Of a stretch of DNA of 20,000 bases, positions 8,525 through 16,309 are shown in pieces. The notes under the pieces are model-generated. The model was not told the origin of the DNA. It did no database searches and was given only the letters and a program-made list of their open reading frames with translations. Positions within the stretch are counted from its first letter, which is position 1. Each line of letters opens with the position of its first letter. Source of the stretch: an uncultured virus (IMG/VR IMGVR_UViG_3300030102_007128) (Duplodnaviria; Heunggongvirae; Uroviricota; Caudoviricetes); the IMG/VR virus record IMGVR_UViG_3300030102_007128; one strand, given 5' to 3'. The translations under genes and the position numbers were made by a program.

Positions 8525-9144
8525 TACAATTACAATCAAATATGAGAATCCGTCATTATTTAGGAGGAACAGGTCCTAACTCTCGTTCAATGGTTATGGG
8601 AGTAGCAACGGGTTTATGTAGAAACAATCCTCAATCAGGTATATATGAGTGTGAGATTATGACTGATGAGATAAACAGAACAAAAAGATGGATGCCAAGA
8701 ACAGAACTTACTGCTATTGGTAACACAGGAACTAACTCTATTGAAAACAAGCCTCAAGTGTGGATTGATAATATGATGGCTCAAAGAGGTAGTTTAATAG
8801 CGACTAATTTTAATTCTGTAAACAACACACCTACACAGAATACACAATTTAACAATCTTATGATAAAACAAGGACTTCCTCATAGAGTAGGTCCTGGTAA
8901 TGAAAAACTTGAAAAAAATTATACAAGTCAAGATGATTGTCCTTCTGGCACAATTTTTACTACACCTGATGGAGGAGCATCTGTTGGTAAGTGTATTCCA
9001 ATAGACATAACAGAACCAGAAGGATTAGGAAAAATAACACCAAAAACAGCAGGCGTTGGAAAAGGTTTTCCACTACCAGCAATATTAATAGTAGGAGGGT
9101 TTTTATATTACGCCTACACAAAAGGATTATTAACAAAAAATTAA
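8521..9144 (+). CDS. tail-anchored hypothetical protein
   Basis: ATGA overlap with upstream gene; two Cys pairs; C-terminal LPAILIVGGFLYYAYTKG. Confidence 0.8.
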   Translation: MIQLQSNMRIRHYLGGTGPNSRSMVMGVATGLCRNNPQSGIYECEIMTDEINRTKRWMPRTELTAIGNTGTNSIENKPQVWIDNMMAQRGSLIATNFNSVNNTPTQNTQFNNLMIKQGLPHRVGPGNEKLEKNYTSQDDCPSGTIFTTPDGGASVGKCIPIDITEPEGLGKITPKTAGVGKGFPLPAILIVGGFLYYAYTKGLLTKN

Positions 9145-9150
9145 AATATT

Positions 9151-9690
9151 ATGACCAGTATAGCGTGTAATAGAAGAGGAGTTTGTGGGACACAAATGCC
9201 AGGAGTACCCTCACTACCAGGACCTACTCTTCCGCCTTTCCCACAGAAAACACCAAATTATGATATAAAAGTAAATTGTGCAAACGAAACAGGATATCCT
9301 AAATGTTTGATACCAACGACTACTTTTGCACCTGTTTGTAAGGTTATGCCTGACCCACAAGTCGAGGTAAATTGGACACAATGTGTTGCAAGAAAACTGA
9401 ATACAGAGCCTACTACGGTTCGCCCTATTGATAGACCAAGACCGATACCAGTTCGACAGCCAGGTCAAAAATGTAGTGATTTTAGTTTTGGAACTCAAAG
9501 AAACGGACCAAAATGTCCTGCTGATTGTACCGGAAACCCTTTACAATCTCTTTTAGAAAGACAAAGAATGGGAGGAGGTAGATGTAGAAGTAGTAGTTCT
9601 TTGGGTTACATATCAGAAAAAACAGGTTTAACTAACACAGGAATATTAATAATAGGAGGTTTACTCTTATATGCAATTTTTAAGAAATAG
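9151..9690 (+). CDS. Cys/Pro-rich tail-anchored protein
   Basis: Many Cys and Pro; ends GILIIGGLLLYAIFKK. Confidence 0.8.
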   Translation: MTSIACNRRGVCGTQMPGVPSLPGPTLPPFPQKTPNYDIKVNCANETGYPKCLIPTTTFAPVCKVMPDPQVEVNWTQCVARKLNTEPTTVRPIDRPRPIPVRQPGQKCSDFSFGTQRNGPKCPADCTGNPLQSLLERQRMGGGRCRSSSSLGYISEKTGLTNTGILIIGGLLLYAIFKK

Positions 9691-9692
9691 AT

Positions 9693-9818
9693 ATGAAGTT
9701 CAAGCATCCATTAGATACAAAGTCATTCATAATAGGGGTTTTAGCCTCTGTAACGGCTGTTGTATTGTGGGATATCATAAAATATGAACGAAAACTGCTT
9801 GAACATAAAAATAAATAA
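9693..9818 (+). CDS. small single-TM protein (41 aa), not in ORF track
   Basis: MKFKHPLDTKSFIIGVLASVTAVVLWDIIKYERKLLEHKNK*; 2-nt spacing to both neighbours. Confidence 0.8.
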   Translation: MKFKHPLDTKSFIIGVLASVTAVVLWDIIKYERKLLEHKNK

Positions 9819-9820
9819 GA

Positions 9821-10042
9821 ATGTATTACAATATAGAAGGTGTAAAAGATGAAGATGTAGGTAGAATAATGGCTAAATGGGCTTATATCGGTGTAGGTGT
9901 AGGTTTATTAGCAACTTATTCTTATTTAGGTATTATGAAAACTAATAAACAAAAATTATTTATTGGTTCATTATTTACATTAGGAGGTTTAGCAGTAGGA
10001 AGTTATATAGGAACAAGAGAAGTAGAAAACTTAAAGAAATAA
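9821..10042 (+). CDS. small 2-TM Gly-rich membrane protein
   Basis: WAYIGVGVGLLATYSYLG and LFIGSLFTLGGLAVGSYIG. Confidence 0.8.
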   Translation: MYYNIEGVKDEDVGRIMAKWAYIGVGVGLLATYSYLGIMKTNKQKLFIGSLFTLGGLAVGSYIGTREVENLKK

Positions 10043-10048
10043 AATAGT

Positions 10049-10408
10049 ATGAATGGAGATATGAAAACATTATTACTAATAGGAGGAGGTTTACTTGCCT
10101 ACTACTTAATTAGAGATAATAAACTTGAAATAGATGAGCCAAAAAGACCTTTAGGAGAAATAGTAGATGGAAGTGATTGCGCATCAACTTGTGGTGGATA
10201 TAACAATCCTTATTATAATCCATCAATTCAGGGAGGTCCTCAAGACCTTATAAATAAACCTTGTATATGTGAGGGTCCTGGAACGGCACAACCTTGTCCT
10301 GAAGGAGAAGAATTTATAGATAGAATTTGTTGGAACGGAGGATGTTTTATGGGTTGTGCAACTCCGAAAAAGAAAGACAATCTAATAATGCTATCTATGG
10401 TATCTTAA
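10049..10408 (+). CDS. N-terminally anchored Cys-rich protein
   Basis: TLLLIGGGLLAYYLI followed by 8 Cys in ~65 aa. Confidence 0.8.
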   Translation: MNGDMKTLLLIGGGLLAYYLIRDNKLEIDEPKRPLGEIVDGSDCASTCGGYNNPYYNPSIQGGPQDLINKPCICEGPGTAQPCPEGEEFIDRICWNGGCFMGCATPKKKDNLIMLSMVS

Positions 10409-10418
10409 AAATATAATT

Positions 10419-10661
10419 ATGGCTACAATAACAAGAACGGTAATACCTGGAAAACCAGCAGTTGAACCATCAAAATATGATGTATTACTAAAACCATCAG
10501 TTGTTATGCCTGATGACCCAAGTTCTATTGAAAGGCAGGTGAGTGAGGGAATGAAAAATAGTAGAGAGAGGGCAAGAAAAAGAAAATTTTTGATGACTGG
10601 CCAGATAGTAGTTGCAGGAGTTTTACTCTATTATATATTAAAAAAACTTAAAAAAAGATAA
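10419..10661 (+). CDS. small tail-anchored protein
   Basis: IVVAGVLLYYILKKLKKR at the C-terminus. Confidence 0.8.
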   Translation: MATITRTVIPGKPAVEPSKYDVLLKPSVVMPDDPSSIERQVSEGMKNSRERARKRKFLMTGQIVVAGVLLYYILKKLKKR

Positions 10662-10675
10662 AAAGAATAATTATA

Positions 10676-11083
10676 ATGAGTTTAGAAATAAATAAAGATA
10701 TAAGAACAGATGCGTTTGTTAGATATCCGTGTAGAAACCCACAAACAGGACAAATATGTTGGTGTAATAAAAACTCAATGAAATGCAGAGCAAGAGGTGT
10801 AAAAATTAGAGATTTTGCAGGAGGAGAATATAATAATTATATGGGAGAAGAGAGTATTGTTGAGGACTACAAGAGAATAGTAAATAATATAATAAGACCT
10901 TCTGCCTGGTTTGGTTATTTGCCATTAGTTATATTTGGTTTAACAATTTATGGGACTTATTATTATTACAAAAAAAATAAATTAAAAACGGCGGCTGTAA
11001 TAGGTGCTATCCCTATGGCTTATTCACTTTCACCAATAACCAGAAGATTAACAAAGCCTTTACAGGAAGAGCCAGGAAATTAA
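10676..11083 (+). CDS. membrane protein with N-terminal Cys cluster
   Basis: C-x8-CWC-x6-C, then hydrophobic WFGYLPLVIFGLTIYGTYYYY and AAVIGAIPMAYSL. Confidence 0.8.
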   Translation: MSLEINKDIRTDAFVRYPCRNPQTGQICWCNKNSMKCRARGVKIRDFAGGEYNNYMGEESIVEDYKRIVNNIIRPSAWFGYLPLVIFGLTIYGTYYYYKKNKLKTAAVIGAIPMAYSLSPITRRLTKPLQEEPGN

Positions 11084-11086
11084 AAT

Positions 11087-11365
11087 ATGCCTTATAAGAT
11101 AACCGCATATACTAAAAGAAAAGCCAAAGAGTATGGTTTAGAAGTAAAGCCTTCAAAAGTAAAAGGTAAAAAGATAGATGTATTCAAGAAAGGTAAAAAA
11201 GTAGCAAGTGTAGGAGCGATAGGATATAATGATTATCCTACTTATATAAAGAAGAAAGGAAAGAAATATGCAGATGAAAGAAGAAGATTGTATAAGATAA
11301 GACATAAAAACGACAGAACAAAAAGAGGTACACCAGGTTGGTATGCCGATAAATTATTGTGGTAA
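11087..11365 (+). CDS. basic DUF5754-like viral protein
   Basis: KPSxxKxKKIDV, GAIGYNDYPTY, ERRRLYKIRH and PGWYADKLLW motifs recalled from this virus-associated family. Confidence 0.7.
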   Translation: MPYKITAYTKRKAKEYGLEVKPSKVKGKKIDVFKKGKKVASVGAIGYNDYPTYIKKKGKKYADERRRLYKIRHKNDRTKRGTPGWYADKLLW

Positions 11366-11574
11366 TGAAAATAACAGAAACACAAACAACAACAATTAAA
11401 GAACTATCAAAAAGTCAAAACATTCGACTTATTGATGTTTTTTTTATAGGTCCCTTTATGATGTATGTAGGTTATAAAGCGAAAGGCATAACAGATTTAG
11501 AAAGATATATGTTGTATGGATTAGGGATTGCTACAATATATTATAATGGAAAAAACTATTTAAGTAATAAGTGN
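11365..11574 (+). CDS. small 2-TM viral membrane protein
   Basis: TAATG overlap start; KSQNIRLIDVFFIGPFMMY...GIATIYYNGKNY; probably ends NK-TGA at the gap edge. Confidence 0.75.
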
Positions 11575-11589
11575 NNNNNNNNNTAATAA

Positions 11590-12267
11590 GTGAGAACAAG
11601 AAATGCCATAATAGGAATAAGTATTGGTCTTGTAGTTATGACAGGAGTAATTCTATTATCTCGTAGATTAAGATTGTCAGGATTTAAGAAAAGAGTTGTT
11701 GATAATGCTATAAGAGAATGGAAACTATGGGGAAAGCCTATTAGGTCTGTTTCAGGCGATTTTCAGGGAGGAGAAACAGAATGCACCCCGATATATAAAG
11801 AAAGAGTAGGAGAGTATTGGAAAAAAGGCACAGGTAAAGATATTGACGGATGTGATAGAGGAACACCTTGGTCATCTGCTTTCATATCGTTTATAATGAA
11901 AAAAAGTGGAGCAGGTAATGATTTTGTTTACTCTTCATCTCATTCTAAATATATACGAAGTGCTATATCAAACACAAAGTCAGGTGGAAAATATCCATTT
12001 ATGGCTTACAGGTTATCAGAAAAACCCGTATCTTTGGGCGATTTAGTTTGCTATTCAAGACAATCAGGAGTAGATTACAATACAACCGGCTCTTACAAAT
12101 CACATTGTGATATAGTAGTAAAAGTGAGTAAATTAAGAGGTATTATAGAAGTGATTGGAGGTAATGTAGCAGATGGAGTAACCAAAAGAGTTCTTAAAAT
12201 CGATAGACAAGGATATCTAATCGACAAAAGTAATGATTGGTTTACTATAATAAAGATAAATAAATAA
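11590..12267 (+). CDS. DUF2272-type (CHAP/NlpC-P60-like) putative peptidoglycan hydrolase with N-terminal anchor
   Basis: PWSSAFISFIM, SHSKYI, GDLVC, SHCDIVV and IGGNV motifs; N-terminal TM followed by RR. Confidence 0.75.
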   Translation: MRTRNAIIGISIGLVVMTGVILLSRRLRLSGFKKRVVDNAIREWKLWGKPIRSVSGDFQGGETECTPIYKERVGEYWKKGTGKDIDGCDRGTPWSSAFISFIMKKSGAGNDFVYSSSHSKYIRSAISNTKSGGKYPFMAYRLSEKPVSLGDLVCYSRQSGVDYNTTGSYKSHCDIVVKVSKLRGIIEVIGGNVADGVTKRVLKIDRQGYLIDKSNDWFTIIKINK

Positions 12268-12268
12268 A

Positions 12269-13582
12269 ATGGACGGATATTTACTTGACTTAAAAAACCA
12301 TTCAACAGACGCTCAAGAGATAGATTTATTTAACTCGAGTGACCAAGATGGTAGAAGCACAGGTATAACTTGGATATTTCAATGTAATGAAATGTTTGCT
12401 TATGGTCCTAATCCTGTCTATAATACAGCGAGTGGAGAGTGGTTTGACCAGGCAATTAGTGCTAATCCAGGAACTATAACCGTAAGTTATGAATTGCCTG
12501 GAGGAGGTTCAGCGTCAAAAACAGCCACAGGACTCGTAGATGTAGATTTTGTTCATATCGCAGAAAAACTTAATGACCCTGGTGTGGGAGATACAGGTGA
12601 TATCGGAGTTTGGAGTGTAGTAAAAACAGGTACACAAAATTTTCAATTTATATGTGCGGTAAAAGAGAGTTTTGAAGGTAATCTTGACTTAACTACTCGA
12701 ACTTTAGGCGCAGAGGCTATCAGTTTTACAGGAACAGGGTTTACTACTTTTACATCAGATGCGGTTGATAATCCTAATGACTTTTATAGAAGTATGGCTT
12801 CTAATAAAAATATTCAAATATCTACTTTTAATGATTTTGACTACACTCAATTTTTATATTCTGTTACTCAAAGAAATTATGATGTAAAACAATTCGAAAT
12901 ATTTTCTGCTAATAAAAATCAATTATTAGAACCTTTTTTATTTGACAGAAAGTTAGCAACAGGTAAAGTATATCAAAAGGTGCTTACACCTACAATCGAC
13001 CCTTATCAGTCAAACAACTACTTAAGAACAGATGACAGAAAAGGTTATATCATAGATGGATTTACAAAATTAAAATATAAAATTTTACCAAGTTCATCTG
13101 CAAGATTAGTGATGAGATATAACTATATTGATTTAGCCACACCTCTAATAGTTAGAAAAGTAGAAAATGACTTATATTCTAATCAAGCAGGGCAATACAA
13201 CCCTAATGTTCTTACTCCACTAAATGCTACATTTATTAATAATATAAATACAGGTTACGATAAGTTTGGTTGTAAATTCTTGAACTCAAGGTTAGCCATT
13301 CAAGAAAGTAAATTAAATGATTTAGTGTCGGCAGGAACCAACCCAAGATGGCAAGATTTCTTGAAAGAAAGAATACAATATATTAAAGACAAACTCTCAT
13401 CAGAAGGTTGTAATGTGGAACCAGAAGTGCCACAATTTTCAACAATAGGAAGTCAATATAGGCCAAGAGATTTGTTTATTCCTACAAATGATTTCATTCA
13501 GCATCAAATAAACGAAGAACAAGGTATAAATAAATTAATAGAAGATACTGACTTTCCAATAGACAAAACCGAAGTTTCATAG
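12269..13582 (+). CDS. putative virion structural protein (beta-rich, possible jelly-roll) with C-terminal Cys-bracketed helical hairpin
   Basis: Alternating beta-strand pattern; YxQFL, NQLLEP, PTIDPYQ and IDGFTKL motifs recalled from an uncharacterised family of uncultured-virus proteins. Confidence 0.5.
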   Translation: MDGYLLDLKNHSTDAQEIDLFNSSDQDGRSTGITWIFQCNEMFAYGPNPVYNTASGEWFDQAISANPGTITVSYELPGGGSASKTATGLVDVDFVHIAEKLNDPGVGDTGDIGVWSVVKTGTQNFQFICAVKESFEGNLDLTTRTLGAEAISFTGTGFTTFTSDAVDNPNDFYRSMASNKNIQISTFNDFDYTQFLYSVTQRNYDVKQFEIFSANKNQLLEPFLFDRKLATGKVYQKVLTPTIDPYQSNNYLRTDDRKGYIIDGFTKLKYKILPSSSARLVMRYNYIDLATPLIVRKVENDLYSNQAGQYNPNVLTPLNATFINNINTGYDKFGCKFLNSRLAIQESKLNDLVSAGTNPRWQDFLKERIQYIKDKLSSEGCNVEPEVPQFSTIGSQYRPRDLFIPTNDFIQHQINEEQGINKLIEDTDFPIDKTEVS

Positions 13583-13635
13583 GTTATTTTTAGGATTTTC
13601 ACGAAAAATTCATATATTTCTAAAAACTTTTTTAT

Positions 13636-13643
13636 TATATTTG
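13636..13643 (+). promoter_or_regulatory. Bacteroidota sigma70 -7 box (TAnnTTTG)
   Basis: TATATTTG in the 185-nt AT-rich intergenic region upstream of the early/middle block. Confidence 0.55.
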
Positions 13644-13698
13644 TAATCAGATAAATTTAATACTTTGAAAAAAAAAATTAATTTTTATTCAAAATATT

Positions 13699-13728
13699 TT
13701 TGTAGAATAAATAAATTTATTACTTTTA
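13699..13728 (+). promoter_or_regulatory. second putative Bacteroidota-type promoter (TTTG-N18-TACTTTTA)
   Basis: -33 TTTG at 13699-13702 and a one-mismatch -7 box at 13721-13728, ~40 nt before the ATG at 13768. Confidence 0.45.
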
Positions 13729-13767
13729 CACCGAAATCAAATATTAACAAACTAAAATAATTAAGTT

Positions 13768-14043
13768 ATGGCACAAAAAGAAAGCAAAACGGTTACTCAA
13801 AAAACTGATAATAAAAAAATGGCTCGTGATTTATTTCACAATATGAGAGGTCAATATATTATCGGTCAAGCATTGTATTTGGCACAAAAATATCTTAACG
13901 AACAACCAGTAGAAAAAAGAGAAGTATCTAACATATTAGATATGAAACTTCTTGGCGAAGAACTTTTTGCAATAGGCTACACACCTACACAAATGTTGTT
14001 TGAAGACAAAGCGTTTGCAGAATACAGAAAACTTAAATCTTAA
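13768..14043 (+). CDS. hypothetical protein
   Basis: ORF track; A-rich leader; first gene after the promoter region. Confidence 0.8.
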   Translation: MAQKESKTVTQKTDNKKMARDLFHNMRGQYIIGQALYLAQKYLNEQPVEKREVSNILDMKLLGEELFAIGYTPTQMLFEDKAFAEYRKLKS

Positions 14044-14046
14044 ATT

Positions 14047-14442
14047 ATGATGAAATCAATAAACTTTGTATCTGAATATTCAGATGTTCCTTTTGAAATA
14101 GATTTGTTTAACGACAATGAATATGTGAAAAATTTACTTAATCTTGATTATGATGCTGACTATATAGATATAGGTGTTTCATATTGTAAGGTAGAGTGGG
14201 AGTTTACTATTGAAACTCGAGAATGGGGTGTAAAAACTCTTTCTGCTTACGCTACAAATGTTTCATTAGAGTTAAATTGTGAATGGTATGATGAAGATGA
14301 TAACGATTATGAAAAACAATTGGATATAGATTTATCAGATTGGGAGATAAATAGTAATACAGATGAAGGATTTAATGACAATGTATCTGTAAGAAATGTA
14401 GAATTTAATTTTGAAGAAAAAACAATTAATGTAGAATTTTAA
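14047..14442 (+). CDS. acidic beta-rich hypothetical protein
   Basis: ORF track; strongly D/E/N-rich; VEWEFTIETREWGVK motif. Confidence 0.8.
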   Translation: MMKSINFVSEYSDVPFEIDLFNDNEYVKNLLNLDYDADYIDIGVSYCKVEWEFTIETREWGVKTLSAYATNVSLELNCEWYDEDDNDYEKQLDIDLSDWEINSNTDEGFNDNVSVRNVEFNFEEKTINVEF

Positions 14443-14456
14443 TAAAATAGAAAAAA

Positions 14457-15008
14457 ATGGAAGAACAAAACACACCTCAACAAGATGTCGTATTAACCGA
14501 CCAAGAGAAAAAACAACTTGAAACTTATGAAGGAAATAATTCATTTCTAACTTCATTAAGTGAGAAATTCAAAGAGTATGGTAAATTAACCCCAAGACAA
14601 ATATTAGCATTTAGAAATCAAGGAAAAGACAAAGTTTCTATTGAAAAATGTCTTCATACTGGTTTAACATTAAATCAAGTTTGTCCTTTCAAAGATAGAG
14701 ATAAAACCATAAAGGTTTGTATAAAAACTATTAGAGAAAAGGCTATTAAAATGGAAGAAGTAAATACTAATAATTACGCCTGGGTACCTTCAAAAGCACT
14801 TGTAGTAGAAGATTATTTTGATAACTCAACCGGTGAAGAAGGACAAGGAGTTTCATTGGCAAGTTGGTTTACAAGAAAAGATGATTTCTGGAAAGAAAAT
14901 CAACCTTACACACCTCCTGTTAAAGAAGAGCCTAAAGAAGTTCCGGTACAGACACCTACTTCAGATTTGAATATACAAGATGAAGAAGAAGACGGACTGC
15001 CATTTTAG
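14457..15008 (+). CDS. hypothetical protein with SSB-like acidic C-terminal tip
   Basis: Ends DEEEDGLPF after a P/E linker; N-terminal YEGNNSFLTSL...YGKLTPRQ helical motif. Confidence 0.6.
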   Translation: MEEQNTPQQDVVLTDQEKKQLETYEGNNSFLTSLSEKFKEYGKLTPRQILAFRNQGKDKVSIEKCLHTGLTLNQVCPFKDRDKTIKVCIKTIREKAIKMEEVNTNNYAWVPSKALVVEDYFDNSTGEEGQGVSLASWFTRKDDFWKENQPYTPPVKEEPKEVPVQTPTSDLNIQDEEEDGLPF

Positions 15009-15014
15009 ATAGTT

Positions 15015-15437
15015 ATGAGAAAAAGTATGAAGGATTTAGAGAGTTCTATAACTACTCTAAAAAATGGGGTTAGAGTTGCTAATTTCAGTAGTCCTCACAA
15101 TTACACTTTTGAAGACGGTAGTAAACTTGCAAAAGTAGATATGAGAGAGGCAGGATTATTCAAAGTTCATTTTAGAGAAAAGGTAGTTAAAGATGTAAGA
15201 GATATTTCAGGTATAGAAATGGATTTTATGTTAAGTAAGGCACTTTTATCAAGAATGAATATGTGGGAACAACTTTACAATGATAAAAAAGTAGATGTTG
15301 TTTTTTGTTCTCTTCCTTTACTTACTGCGATAAAAAAAGTGATAGATGTTTCCGAGTTGAGAAAAATGCCATTTAGAGGAGTTCGAACTAAAGATAGAAC
15401 AAAAAAAGTATTATTAACAGACAGATTTGTCATATAA
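15015..15437 (+). CDS. hypothetical protein
   Basis: ORF track; NFSSPHxYTFEDG motif; no function assignable. Confidence 0.8.
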   Translation: MRKSMKDLESSITTLKNGVRVANFSSPHNYTFEDGSKLAKVDMREAGLFKVHFREKVVKDVRDISGIEMDFMLSKALLSRMNMWEQLYNDKKVDVVFCSLPLLTAIKKVIDVSELRKMPFRGVRTKDRTKKVLLTDRFVI

Positions 15438-15445
15438 AATTAATT

Positions 15446-16054
15446 ATGAATTTACAAAACACACCAATACAAGAAAAATTCAAAATGTTAGCATATTTAC
15501 AATCTAACATAAAGGGAGTAGGTCAGTTTATTATAACTTATCTTAAAACAAAACAAACTTTTCAAATTTCATTCATAAATGGAATATTGTTTAGCACACA
15601 GGCAGATGATATCGAAACCTGCTTAAAAGCCACTATAATAGAATTAGATATTCGTTATAAGGCTCTAAACAAAAGAAGTTTTTATACAGATTATGAAATG
15701 CAATCCAATGTAGAAAAGTATAAAGAAAGAATATCAGAGTTAGAAAATAAGTTAAAATTTTTAGAAGAGAAATATAGTCGAGATGTTGTAGGAGTAGAAA
15801 AAAGAAGAAGAGGAAGGCCAAAAAAAGTAGAATTAACACCTTTACAATCTAACGGAGTTAAAGAGTATTTAGAAGAAAAAAACAAAATGCCTTCTGAATA
15901 TAAAGGAATGTTTTCAGAATTAGAAATTCAAAAAGAAATGATAAGAGTTTCTCCTAATTTAGATATTAAATATATAATAAAAGGAAACTCTAAAAGATAT
16001 AGAGAAGAAAGAAAGAAAGCGTATAAAAGATTGTATAACCGTAAAAGAAAATAA
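15446..16054 (+). CDS. putative DNA-binding protein with coiled coil and AT-hook
   Basis: KYKERISELENKLKFLEEK coiled coil followed by KRRRGRPKK; basic C-terminus. Confidence 0.65.
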   Translation: MNLQNTPIQEKFKMLAYLQSNIKGVGQFIITYLKTKQTFQISFINGILFSTQADDIETCLKATIIELDIRYKALNKRSFYTDYEMQSNVEKYKERISELENKLKFLEEKYSRDVVGVEKRRRGRPKKVELTPLQSNGVKEYLEEKNKMPSEYKGMFSELEIQKEMIRVSPNLDIKYIIKGNSKRYREERKKAYKRLYNRKRK

Positions 16055-16055
16055 G

Positions 16056-16307
16056 ATGAGCCATATTAAAAAAGGCGAAGGAAATTCACTTGGTGATATG
16101 TTAAATCCAGAAGTTAGAAACATTTTAGAAAAACTTAAAAGATTAGGAGTTTTAACTTATCAAATGGGTATAGATAATGATAAAGGAACAGATATAAAAT
16201 GGTTGTCTGAAAATTTAGAAAAAACATACTCTGACCATAAGAACTTCAAAGAAGTTATAGATTTGTGTGTAAAACTTAAGAAATTGAAAGTTGATAAAAA
16301 TAAATAA
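16056..16307 (+). CDS. hypothetical protein
   Basis: ORF track; tight packing. Confidence 0.7.
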   Translation: MSHIKKGEGNSLGDMLNPEVRNILEKLKRLGVLTYQMGIDNDKGTDIKWLSENLEKTYSDHKNFKEVIDLCVKLKKLKVDKNK

Positions 16308-16309
16308 TA

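Noticed and set aside
11565..11592. Direct repeat TAATAAGTG flanking an N gap (possible target-site duplication)
   Set aside because: Most simply an unmerged contig overlap: collapsing it gives AAT AAG TGA with a GTGA stop/start overlap.
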